From: Patescibacteria group bacterium
GTDB taxonomy: Bacteria; Patescibacteriota; Minisyncoccia; Phycocordibacterales; PALSA-1337
NCBI GenBank assembly: GCA_024654575.1
Contig: JANLHG010000005.1
Span: 1,260-65,259 of the forward strand
Direction: 5' to 3'
DNA: 64,000 nucleotides
In this document: positions 18,477-26,506 of the stretch, one piece after another
How the letters are laid out: every line of letters starts with the position of its first letter
How positions within the stretch are numbered: position 1 is the stretch's first letter
Notes under the pieces: model-generated
Seen by the model: only the letters and a program-made list of their open reading frames with translations
What the model was told of the DNA's origin: nothing
Database searches by the model: none
Translations under genes and position numbers: made by a program

Positions 18477-18866
18477 ATGAACCCGATAACAAATCAACTG
18501 CGTACGATGTATGAGGAAGAGGTTGCTGACATACGACGTAAAAAACATTACAGCAATCCAAAACTTGACCTTGAAGATATTCTGAAAAAGAGTGTTCTCC
18601 TGGGTACAGTTTCAGACCACTTCAATAGATTTATGGCTGTAATGGATTTATTCGATAAAAATAAGCTCAAAACTGGAGAGGACTATTTCTATGCTTCATT
18701 TATCTTAAGTCAAGAAGATGAAGCTCCAAATTTAGCCCTTGGTTGCATGTTGGCACAAGCATCAGGGAAACTAAATTTTTCCGGAAATATAGACGTCCCT
18801 GATGTTGACGAATACATCAAGTGTCTACAAGATGCATTCTTCACCAGACTTACTGGTATAAATTAA
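18477..18866 (+). CDS. hypothetical protein (segment 1)
   Basis: 129-aa ORF with an upstream TTGACA and a downstream hairpin terminator. Confidence 0.75.
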   Translation: MNPITNQLRTMYEEEVADIRRKKHYSNPKLDLEDILKKSVLLGTVSDHFNRFMAVMDLFDKNKLKTGEDYFYASFILSQEDEAPNLALGCMLAQASGKLNFSGNIDVPDVDEYIKCLQDAFFTRLTGIN

Positions 18867-18872
18867 CCTATC

Positions 18873-18922
18873 ACTGCCCCTCAAAGACTGCCACGATGGC
18901 ACTTTGTTGGGGTAGTTTTTTT
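18873..18922 (+). terminator. intrinsic terminator
   Basis: ACTGCCCC...GGGGTAGT stem with inner CAAAG/CTTTG and TGCCA/TGGCA pairs, then a T-run. Confidence 0.7.
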
Positions 18923-18973
18923 ATACAAAACTAAACATCCTCATTTCCTTTTCAATAACAGATCAACTAATAA

Positions 18974-18999
18974 TTCTAATCTCGTCCAACATGCGGAGT
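18974..18999 (+). repeat. att-like repeat R1
   Basis: TTCTAATCTCGTCCAACATGCGGAGT; minus strand reads LRMLDEIR. Confidence 0.85.
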
Positions 19000-19085
19000 T
19001 AATCAAGATGATTCCCTTGCATTATTTGTAACTCTTATGTTATGATGTAAATATCACCACGAAAAAGCTCCTGTGAGGCTAGTCC

Positions 19086-19604
19086 TTACAGGGCCTTTTT
19101 CTTTATATGTGTGTATTCTATCTTGCTTTTAACTTCATTAAGAAATATAAGATATTTTTCTGAATTTGTATTGATTTTTTTAAGTAAAGCCGAATATCTT
19201 TTATGATCTGGTATTACTACTGCTTGAAGTTTTTTATTATCTCTAAGATACTCTGCTAAACAGTAAAAATCACCATCTCCAGATACAATAACGGCTTTGT
19301 TGTAATGAGGATATTCAATCATAGAATGGAGAACAAGCTCTGCATCACAATTTCCTTTCGTGGAGTTATCTTTATATATTAAAGTTGGTTTAAAAATAAC
19401 AATGTATCCATCTTCTTGAAGCTTTTTATACATTTGCTGATTACCTTCCACATAACCTATAAAGATATATGCTTTTTCAATTTTATATTTATCTTTCAGA
19501 TATATTCTGAATTTAGTAAAATCAATTTTCCACCCTTGATTTTTTATACCAAGATAAAGATTTTGACTGTCTATAAAAGCATAATTATTTTCTCCAGATG
19601 TCAT
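19086..19604 (-). CDS. NYN domain (LabA/DUF88, PIN-like) protein (segment 2)
   Basis: AFIDSQNL, KGNCD, VSGDGDF acidic motifs. Confidence 0.88.
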   Translation of the reverse strand: MTSGENNYAFIDSQNLYLGIKNQGWKIDFTKFRIYLKDKYKIEKAYIFIGYVEGNQQMYKKLQEDGYIVIFKPTLIYKDNSTKGNCDAELVLHSMIEYPHYNKAVIVSGDGDFYCLAEYLRDNKKLQAVVIPDHKRYSALLKKINTNSEKYLIFLNEVKSKIEYTHIKKKAL

Positions 19605-19640
19605 ATTAAAATTAATATTACCATAGAATATGCAGTAAAT

Positions 19641-19937
19641 TTAATTACAATAGGCTCTAACTTCGTTCAACATGCGGAGCCAAGTAGGTTTACTAGCTAA
19701 ATCTAGTACCAAATTATATGGAGAAGCTATTGTAAAATATAGCTTTTTTCCGTTTACAGAAAGGTTCTGAATTAAATAATTCAAAAATACTTTTTTCTCG
19801 TGTGGTTTAGAACTTTCAAAGATTGACTTAGCACGGCGAGCAACTGAAATCACTGATGCTACAGTGTTTTGATAGTCATAATCTGCTTTTGTGTGTTCTT
19901 CAAGTTCAATGTTTAAGACTTGTATCTTGTCGTGATA
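19641..19937 (-). pseudogene. C-terminal remnant of a putative large serine (site-specific) recombinase
   Basis: Open frame YHDKIQVLNIELEEHTKADYDYQNTVASVISVARRAKSIFESSKPHEKKVFLNYLIQN...WLRMLNEVRAYCN*, with no catalytic N-terminus. The family call is from recalled resemblance to CPR recombinase C-termini, not a search. Confidence 0.6.
19655..19680 (+). repeat. att-like repeat R2
   Basis: CTCTAACTTCGTTCAACATGCGGAGC; encodes LRMLNEVR in frame with the recombinase remnant. Confidence 0.88.
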
Positions 19938-20078
19938 TAATGTCGGAATGAAAGGCTACGTTGCAGATTAAGAAAGGAGAAAAACCTCGATGGCAGTGGG
20001 GACCACGTTAGGTAGTGATTTCATCAAAAAGTTGGAGCTCAGAAATCATTTAGATATTAACTATGATACAATGGATAT

Positions 20079-20330
20079 ATGGAATCATTAATAAAATTAG
20101 ATATTTTCTTTTTTATATCTTCTGTGGCAACAGTTATATTGACGATTTTAGTTTCCATTATCCTTTTTTATTTTATCAAAGCTGGAAAGAATCTCTATCT
20201 GCTTTCAGAAGAACTTAAGAATGATTTTAAGGGGTCGGAAGCGTTCGTCGTAGAGCTTAAGGAACGTTTGGAAGACAACATAGTTTTTCGACTTTTCTTT
20301 CCCCCATCTCGAAAAAAACGAAATCATTAA
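20079..20330 (+). CDS. small membrane protein (segment 3)
   Basis: 83 aa with an N-terminal TM helix; TGATACAAT just upstream. Confidence 0.75.
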   Translation: MESLIKLDIFFFISSVATVILTILVSIILFYFIKAGKNLYLLSEELKNDFKGSEAFVVELKERLEDNIVFRLFFPPSRKKRNH

Positions 20331-20352
20331 TAATTAATAACTTTTTAAAACA

Positions 20353-20694
20353 ATGCAAAAGAAAACAACAAAAATAAATTCCACTGCAATGGAATTAGGT
20401 ATCCTCGGTGCAAGTATTGCTGGTATAGCTGCTGCATATTTCTTCCTCGGTCCAAAAGGTAAAAAACACCAGAAACAAATGAAGGTATGGGCAATAAAAA
20501 TGAAAGCTGATGTTGTAGAAAAACTCGAAGAAGCTCGTGATATAAGCGAACCCATATTTCATCAAATCATTGACTCTATAGCGGAAGAATATGAACAAAA
20601 AGCGAAAATTGGTCGTGAAGAAATTCAGTTATTGGCGAAGGACTTAAAGAAACACTGGAAATTAATTAGTAAGGAAGCAGGTATTGATAAGTAA
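20353..20694 (+). CDS. hypothetical membrane-anchored helical protein (YtxH-like; segment 3)
   Basis: Gly/Ala-rich TM segment, then FLGPKGKK and an amphipathic helix. Confidence 0.7.
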   Translation: MQKKTTKINSTAMELGILGASIAGIAAAYFFLGPKGKKHQKQMKVWAIKMKADVVEKLEEARDISEPIFHQIIDSIAEEYEQKAKIGREEIQLLAKDLKKHWKLISKEAGIDK

Positions 20695-20770
20695 TATATA
20701 TGTACACATACAACTGGTACTCACAAATTATCAAACCATAATGTAAGTGCTATAACCCCTTACACACCCG

Positions 20771-20796
20771 CTCTAACTTCTTCCACCATGCGGAGC
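20771..20796 (+). repeat. att-like repeat R3
   Basis: CTCTAACTTCTTCCACCATGCGGAGC; minus strand reads LRMVEEVR. Confidence 0.88.
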
Positions 20797-20903
20797 TGCA
20801 GAAAATAATACCAAAGTATAGGGGTTATTTTATACCATCTAGGTAGGGCGTTTGAACCTGTGGTATGATTTTGATATTAGAATTAGAATAGCACTACACA
20901 CAT

Positions 20904-21581
20904 ATGAAATTATTTTTAGGGGGTGGAGGAAGAAAAGAAGATTCGACAGAGCTAGACAAAAATTTTGTTGCTAATTTAGATTTATCTAAACCTCTTTTAT
21001 ATATTCCAATAGCTATAAATACTAACAAGTATCCATACTCCGGTTGTATAAATTGGCTTCGTGATATATTAAGCCCCTTAGGGGTAAAGAATATTGTAAT
21101 GTGGATTGAAGATGATTTAAAGAAAAAACAAGAGAAAGATTTTGAACAATTCTCAGGTGTCTATATAGGAGGTGGTAACACTTTCAAATTACTTAAAGAA
21201 TTAAAAGAATTTGGTACATTCGAAATATTGAAAAGATTAGCCAAAAAAGATGTTCCAATTTATGGCGGAAGTGCTGGTGCAATAATAATGGCAAAAACCA
21301 TCATACCAGCATTATCTGCAGATGAAAATAATGTTGGTTTAACTGATTATTCAGCAATGAATTTAGTAAAAGATTATGATATTTGGTGTCATTATTCAGA
21401 GTCGTTAGATACGATGATAAAAGATTATACGAATAAATATGGTTTAAATAAAATAGTAGCGATACCTGAAAAAGCTGGACTTTTTATTACAGAAAAATCT
21501 AAAATAGTGATAGGACCAGCGAATGTTTATATCATCGAACAAAATAGGAAAACTATTTTAAAACCTGGATCAAAATTTTAA
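20904..21581 (+). CDS. peptidase E / S51 family (class I glutamine amidotransferase-like)
   Basis: LYIPIA, YIGGGNTFKL, YGGSAGA nucleophile elbow, CHY. Confidence 0.88.
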   Translation: MKLFLGGGGRKEDSTELDKNFVANLDLSKPLLYIPIAINTNKYPYSGCINWLRDILSPLGVKNIVMWIEDDLKKKQEKDFEQFSGVYIGGGNTFKLLKELKEFGTFEILKRLAKKDVPIYGGSAGAIIMAKTIIPALSADENNVGLTDYSAMNLVKDYDIWCHYSESLDTMIKDYTNKYGLNKIVAIPEKAGLFITEKSKIVIGPANVYIIEQNRKTILKPGSKF

Positions 21582-21682
21582 GCTTGCTCATCTAAAATAT
21601 TTGTGGTACTTTTTGTTATAGATTTACTCATTGAAAATTAGGACAAAAAACATCAATCAAACCCGTAGAAAGGAATTTTACA

Positions 21683-21883
21683 ATGCAAAAACTAGCCAAG
21701 TTGGTTATCGGTGATACAGTCGCTTTAATCACTCCTGCTGGAATGCCACCAGAGAGATTTCGTCATTACATCCCTTTAATGGAAGAATATGTTCAAAAAG
21801 AGGGTTTTCGAACAAAAACATATCTTTCATCTGAACAATCATCAGACCAAGAGTTGGCGGAATTATTTTATTATATAGCTTGA
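21683..21883 (+). pseudogene. N-terminal fragment of an LD-carboxypeptidase (S66/MccF-like)
   Basis: KLVIGDTVALITPAG matches S66 N-termini; stops after 66 aa; has SD GAAAGGA. Confidence 0.6.
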
Positions 21884-22048
21884 CATTTTTAGATGTAAAA
21901 TGATAAACTTTATCTATGAAATTTAGTGTTATAAACACATGGAATCGTAGAGGTAGCCGAATTATTCAGGCTACTTTTGAGTGTTTGTAATTTTCTCCTA
22001 GCGTATTATGAACTTTCTAAAGCGGCCTGAAGGTCGCTATTTTATTAT
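21880..22048 (+). promoter_or_regulatory. candidate attenuator: promoter, 24-aa leader ORF and terminator
   Basis: TTGACA at 21880; ORF 21916-21990 MKFSVINTWNRRGSRIIQATFECL*; hairpin GTAGCC/GGCTAC; terminator AGCGGCC-TGAA-GGTCGCT-ATTTTT. Confidence 0.55.
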
Positions 22049-22068
22049 CATATTAACCAAAAACTAGC

Positions 22069-22734
22069 ATGAGCAAAAACCTAAAAATAATTCCTGATTC
22101 AAAATTAGTTAAAATACCGATAAAAGATAACGGTGAACCTTTAGTTTATATAAATGATTTTGTTCCAAAAGTGGTAATCAAAATTCCTAAATACATCAAA
22201 GATGAGGGTGAGAAATTCATTAAACAATCTTCAAAGGTAAGAATCAGTGTTGCAAAAATGTTAAAAATTGCCCAAGAATTGCTTCCAGATCAATATAGAC
22301 TAAGAATAAGAAGTGGCTACAGGTCGTTAATGATTCAGAAAAAAGCTTATCAGAGAACGTTTAATAAAATGAGAAAAAATAATCCCAACTGGAGTTTAGA
22401 CAAACTAAAAGATGAAGTGAGTAAATTTGTTGCTCCTTTAGACATTGTTCCACCACATTCAACCGGCGGAGCTGTTGATATATCAATAATTGGACCAAAT
22501 GATAAACAGTTAGATATGGGGACAAGAATTGGACAAGATACTCGTTTGGAAAAAACCAGAACTGATTCTAATAAGATATCATCAATGGCCATAAAAAATA
22601 GAAAATTACTGGTGAAAATAATGTCTACAGCTGGATTCATAAATTATCCAACCGAATAGTGGCATTGGTCTTATGGTGACAGATATTGGGCTGCTAAATT
22701 AAAAAAAAGATACTCTATTTATAAAGGTATTTAA
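22069..22734 (+). pseudogene. D-Ala-D-Ala dipeptidase (M15D, VanX/DdpX-like) with an in-frame TAG at 22657-22659
   Basis: GYRS, PPHSTGGAVD, LDMGT; NYPTE-(TAG)-WHWSYGDRYWA interrupts the EWWH motif, and the frame continues to TAA at 22734. Confidence 0.85.
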
Positions 22735-22743
22735 ATTAAAAAC

Positions 22744-23439
22744 ATGAAAAATAAAACAATCGGGGTGCTTGGAGGAATGGGACCAGGAGCCTCAGCTAAT
22801 CTGTATATGGAGATTATTAAGTATTCTCAACAGAAATATGGTGCAATTCAGGATATTGATTATCCGCCCGTTATTATTTACAGCTTACCCTTGGAAGGTT
22901 TTGATGAAAAAGGAATTGCTAATGAGAAATTGGTTGAGAGCCAACTCATAGATGGGGTTAAAAAGTTAGAATCGGCAGGTTGTGATCTGATAATAATTGG
23001 TTGTAATACCGTTCATATTCTTTTCAATAAAATGCAAAAAGCTGTCAAAATTCCTATCCTAAATATCATCGAGGTGACAAAAAATAAAGTTATGAAGTTT
23101 GGCTATAAGAAGATCGGGTTATTTGCCTCAGAAAGCACAAGTAACTCCGGTCTATATCAAAATAATTTTAAGAAAGACGGAATTCAGGTCATTTCTCCAA
23201 ATAAAGATCAGCAGAAAATATTAAATAGAGTGATAGAACATGTAATGGGTGGTAATCAAAAAGCAGATGATATCATTCTTTTAAAAGATGTCGCTCGAGA
23301 TTATCTAAAACAAGGAGTCGAAGCGATCGTTATGGGCTGTACTGAAATCCCTCTAGCAATAAATCAGACTCATACAGATATTAAACTATTTAATACAATA
23401 GAAATAATTGTACAGTCAGCAGTAGATTTTTCTCTATAA
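22744..23439 (+). CDS. aspartate/glutamate racemase family protein
   Basis: IGVLGGMGP, plus CNTVH and GCTEIP with the two catalytic Cys. Confidence 0.93.
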   Translation: MKNKTIGVLGGMGPGASANLYMEIIKYSQQKYGAIQDIDYPPVIIYSLPLEGFDEKGIANEKLVESQLIDGVKKLESAGCDLIIIGCNTVHILFNKMQKAVKIPILNIIEVTKNKVMKFGYKKIGLFASESTSNSGLYQNNFKKDGIQVISPNKDQQKILNRVIEHVMGGNQKADDIILLKDVARDYLKQGVEAIVMGCTEIPLAINQTHTDIKLFNTIEIIVQSAVDFSL

Positions 23440-23444
23440 ACACA

Positions 23445-23470
23445 CCCTAACTTCTTCCACCATGTGGAGC
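23445..23470 (+). repeat. att-like repeat R4
   Basis: CCCTAACTTCTTCCACCATGTGGAGC; minus strand reads LHMVEEVR. Followed by AGTTGACAA, as is the tRNA 3' fragment. Confidence 0.85.
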
Positions 23471-23630
23471 AGTTGACAAAATCAATAAAAAGATATAATA
23501 TCAACTCTAGAAATAAAGAAAGTGTTGCACTTTTTACTCGTATCAATTACCTCAAGACTATGCTTTATTCCAAAAAATTTCCTCCAGCATCGGAAGTTAT
23601 ACAAACCCTTGCTTGTTATTTACCCAACAT

Positions 23631-24080
23631 TTAAAAGTCAATAAAAATTTCTTTTATTTTTTTCTGAGTATCTTTTAGTTGTCCATCAAAAAGCAAATAA
23701 TCTTTTAATTGCATAAAGGGTACCCACTTATAAGCTCTCACCTCACCATCTTTTGGTTTAATTTCATTGTCATCACCAACAAAACGGAAACCAAAAAAGT
23801 ATCTTTTTGATCCTTCATAGTTCTGACCGTCGCGATTCATTTTAATAACCTTAAATTTGAACTTTATTGGATTACTACTCTGACCCACAAACTGAAGAGA
23901 TTTTTTTTCTATACTCAACTCTTCATGTATCTCTCGATATACTGCATTTTCTAAAGTTTCTTCTTGTTCAACTCCGCCACCAGGAATTGCAAAATACCTA
24001 TCTTCAAAAGATTCTAAATTCACTAAAAGAAACTCTTTGTCTTTATTAATAATAAGTGCTGAAACGCCTTTTCTGTACAT
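23631..24080 (-). CDS. NUDIX hydrolase (RppH-like; segment 5)
   Basis: Nudix box PGGGVEQEETLENAVYREIHEE. Confidence 0.9.
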   Translation of the reverse strand: MYRKGVSALIINKDKEFLLVNLESFEDRYFAIPGGGVEQEETLENAVYREIHEELSIEKKSLQFVGQSSNPIKFKFKVIKMNRDGQNYEGSKRYFFGFRFVGDDNEIKPKDGEVRAYKWVPFMQLKDYLLFDGQLKDTQKKIKEIFIDF

Positions 24081-24089
24081 AATATATAA

Positions 24090-24794
24090 TCATTTATTTA
24101 AATCTTCATTATCTTGCATGATTTTTAACAAAAAAATTGTATCGAATTTTAATTTTGCTCGTGCTGAATCTTTTTGTGGATCAGTCAATAACTCTCCAAG
24201 ACCATCCAAGATATGCTTGTTGTCCATTTTTTCTAACATCTCAACGCACTTTACTAAAGCATCCTTAAAAGACATACCCGACCTCTCTTCAACAATCTGA
24301 CGATTGATCGGCCAGTTATTTTTGGCAAAATAATGAATATCAAAAATATCTCGGCTTGTTTTTCCAATCCTTTCATACATAGCCATAAGCTTATGCGCAA
24401 ACATATCCTCTTGGACCATTACAAGCATTGAAATACCAAGTAAAGTTTTCACCTCATATTTTGACCCAAATTGTCTGCGACTTACTTCGACTTTTATATT
24501 CTGAGCTTTGGGATCGTAAGAAATAACATTTCTTAAATTAGATTTCTGTATGTATGAATCTGTAATTTTTCCATAATTACTTATAATCTCGTTTATCTTT
24601 TCAAAAACTTCGGTTTCTTTAGTTTCATCTAATAAATCAAAATCCAAATCTACAGAATTTCTTGGTAAATCATAAAACATCATAGCCGCTGTACCACCCT
24701 TGAAACCAAGATATGACGCGAGAGAAATATCTGAATAAATATCTTTCAAAATCTGAAGCATAATATTTTTATGTTTTGAATAATCTAATGTCAT
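24090..24794 (-). CDS. AbiEii-type nucleotidyltransferase toxin (type IV TA)
   Basis: FKGGTA, RNSVDLDF, HKL, RDIFDI motifs. Confidence 0.88.
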   Translation of the reverse strand: MTLDYSKHKNIMLQILKDIYSDISLASYLGFKGGTAAMMFYDLPRNSVDLDFDLLDETKETEVFEKINEIISNYGKITDSYIQKSNLRNVISYDPKAQNIKVEVSRRQFGSKYEVKTLLGISMLVMVQEDMFAHKLMAMYERIGKTSRDIFDIHYFAKNNWPINRQIVEERSGMSFKDALVKCVEMLEKMDNKHILDGLGELLTDPQKDSARAKLKFDTIFLLKIMQDNEDLNK

Positions 24795-25375
24795 ATAGTT
24801 TTATAATATTCATTGACTTTTTTAACCATTCTTTTATTGTGATAAATCGGTAATATCTCAAATACTTTATCCCAATTCAAATTAGTTAAGTTGTCAAAAT
24901 GATAATCCTTGCTTACATATATTCTATCCAAAAAAGCACGCTCTCGTGTAGCAATTGCATAACCATCTTTATGTTCAATACCTAAAGTATTACTTAAAAC
25001 ATAATCCTTCATCCGAACAAAAGTAATTTTTTGTTCTCTAACTATAATTTCTCGATTAACATAAGAAGAAACGAAAATATTTCCGTAATATTGAAAATTT
25101 ATACCCTCTCTTGTTAAGACAGTTTCAAAACTAATATAGGCAGGAGTATAGATTCTAGTTGCTAATTCAAATCGATTATAGTTTTTATCCTTTGCATAAA
25201 AGCCACGATGCACTCGAATTAACTTTCCAGCCACGACATACTTGTTTAATCTTCCACTGACAGTTGATTTTTTCTCTTCACTCCATAATAAAGCCACATC
25301 TTTTGTGGAAAAGATTGTTTTTGACGATCTTAATAATACCTCTAAATATTCACCTTTTGTTGGTTTTTTGTCCAC
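24791..25375 (-). CDS. AbiEi-type antitoxin / transcriptional regulator
   Basis: wHTH-like LIRVHRGFY, PAYISFETVL, ATRERAFLD; 4-nt overlap with abiEii. Confidence 0.85.
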   Translation of the reverse strand: MDKKPTKGEYLEVLLRSSKTIFSTKDVALLWSEEKKSTVSGRLNKYVVAGKLIRVHRGFYAKDKNYNRFELATRIYTPAYISFETVLTREGINFQYYGNIFVSSYVNREIIVREQKITFVRMKDYVLSNTLGIEHKDGYAIATRERAFLDRIYVSKDYHFDNLTNLNWDKVFEILPIYHNKRMVKKVNEYYKTI

Positions 25376-25381
25376 TTTATT

Positions 25382-25412
25382 ACTGGAAGTTACCTTAAAA
25401 GTAATCTCCAGT
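25382..25412. promoter_or_regulatory. inverted repeat upstream of abiEi (probable autoregulatory operator)
   Basis: ACTGGAAGTTAC-N7-GTAATCTCCAGT (10/12 match). Confidence 0.55.
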
Positions 25413-25453
25413 TCATATCTTAATACTTTTGGTAAATAAGTGCAAGTGATACG

Positions 25454-25480
25454 AGCGAGCTTCGTCCAACATACGGGAGC
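25454..25480 (+). repeat. att-like repeat R5 (most diverged, one extra base)
   Basis: AGCGAGCTTCGTCCAACATACGGGAGC; minus strand reads RMLDEAR. Confidence 0.75.
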
Positions 25481-25547
25481 AGATAAAATATCTAGGACAT
25501 TCGAACCTGCTATAGAATTTTATATTTAAATATGGTATATTTTTGGC

Positions 25548-26003
25548 ATGGAAAATTGTGTTTTTTGTAAAATCGTAAGTGGCGAACTGCCTTGCTACAA
25601 AATATGGGAGGATGAAAAGCATTTAGCTTTTCTTTCCCGCAACCCCAACACGGAAGGTTTTTCAGTTGTCATAACCAAAGAGCACTATCCGAGCTATGCA
25701 TTCGATCTTCCTGATCAGGTTTTAACCGACCTTATTCTTGTAACAAAGAAAGTCGGAAAGTTGATTGATTCTAAACTTGATGATGTCGGAAGAACCGGCA
25801 TGATCTTTGAAGGATTCGGAGTTGACCATATCCATGCCAAACTTTTCCCAATGCATGGTACAAAAGATATGGGAGAGTGGAAGTCGATGAAATCCAATGT
25901 GGACAAGTATTTTGAAATCTACGAAGGATACATCTCTTCCCATGATTATAAACCCTCAACTAACGAAGAGCTTGCGAAAATTGCTTCTAAGTTCAAGCAG
26001 TAA
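25548..26003 (+). CDS. HIT family hydrolase
   Basis: CVFCKIVSGE, EDEKHLAFL, VDHIHAKLFP. Confidence 0.9.
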   Translation: MENCVFCKIVSGELPCYKIWEDEKHLAFLSRNPNTEGFSVVITKEHYPSYAFDLPDQVLTDLILVTKKVGKLIDSKLDDVGRTGMIFEGFGVDHIHAKLFPMHGTKDMGEWKSMKSNVDKYFEIYEGYISSHDYKPSTNEELAKIASKFKQ

Positions 26004-26086
26004 TTTTTATAAAACCGAAAGTCAATCTAACGAGTAGGTTTTTTTATGGTATAATTTAGTAAATTCAAATAACATAAATAAAATAT

Positions 26087-26503
26087 ATGAAAATAGAAAA
26101 AATTGTTATGTTCTTACTTCGTTTGGTTATGAGTTTTACTTTTCTTTGGGCATTTTTTGATAAGGTCTTTGGTTTAGGTTTTGCTACTACCGCAGATAAG
26201 GCATGGATTAACGGAATATCACCAACTTATGGTTTTTTGAAATTTGCATCAAAAGGTCCATTCGTTGAAATATTTCATAATCTAGCCGGTGTAGTTTTAG
26301 TTGATTGGTTATTTATGCTTGGTCTTCTTTTTGTTGGTCTTGCTCTCATTTTCAACAGATTTATAAAATTAGGATGTCTTGCTGGAATTTTAATGATGGC
26401 ACTTATGTATCTAGCTTTGCTTTTCCCAATAAACAATCCTATTATTGATGAGCATATTGTTTATATTCTAGTTCTAGCCCTTATAGCTATCAAAAAAGAA
26501 TAA
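26087..26503 (+). CDS. DoxX/DoxD-like membrane protein
   Basis: LRLVMSFTFLWAFFDK, NNPIIDEH; 4 TM segments. Confidence 0.8.
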   Translation: MKIEKIVMFLLRLVMSFTFLWAFFDKVFGLGFATTADKAWINGISPTYGFLKFASKGPFVEIFHNLAGVVLVDWLFMLGLLFVGLALIFNRFIKLGCLAGILMMALMYLALLFPINNPIIDEHIVYILVLALIAIKKE

Positions 26504-26506
26504 GTT

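Larger units (their letters stand above)
18394..25480. mobile_element. tRNA-Asn-anchored tandem array of five cargo segments separated by att-like repeats
   Basis: Five co-oriented ~26-bp repeats sharing (T)CCAAC-nnn-CGGAGC with the tRNA 3' end; a recombinase-like remnant abuts repeat 2; cargo is accessory. Confidence 0.75.

Noticed and set aside
19938-20060. GC-richer stretch next to the recombinase remnant
   Set aside because: No convincing ORF, hairpin or repeat; probably debris at a deletion junction.
20752-20828. ATAACCCCT/AGGGGTTAT inverted repeat flanking R3
   Set aside because: Only 9 bp and not seen around the other repeats; may be chance.
22657-22659. Genome-wide stop-codon recoding (TAG or TGA)
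   Set aside because: TAG and TGA end intact core genes in this window (for example mreB and dnaG end in TAG, murA in TGA); this is a single event.
23500-23633. Short ORF MLYSKKFPPASEVIQTLACYLPNI after R4
   Set aside because: 24 aa, no SD or recognisable motif; cannot be supported.
18974-25480. The five repeats as a CRISPR array or classical integron attC sites
   Set aside because: Spacing is 0.7-2.7 kb with whole genes between, the repeats are not palindromic, and there are no attC-type paired boxes, intI or cas genes.
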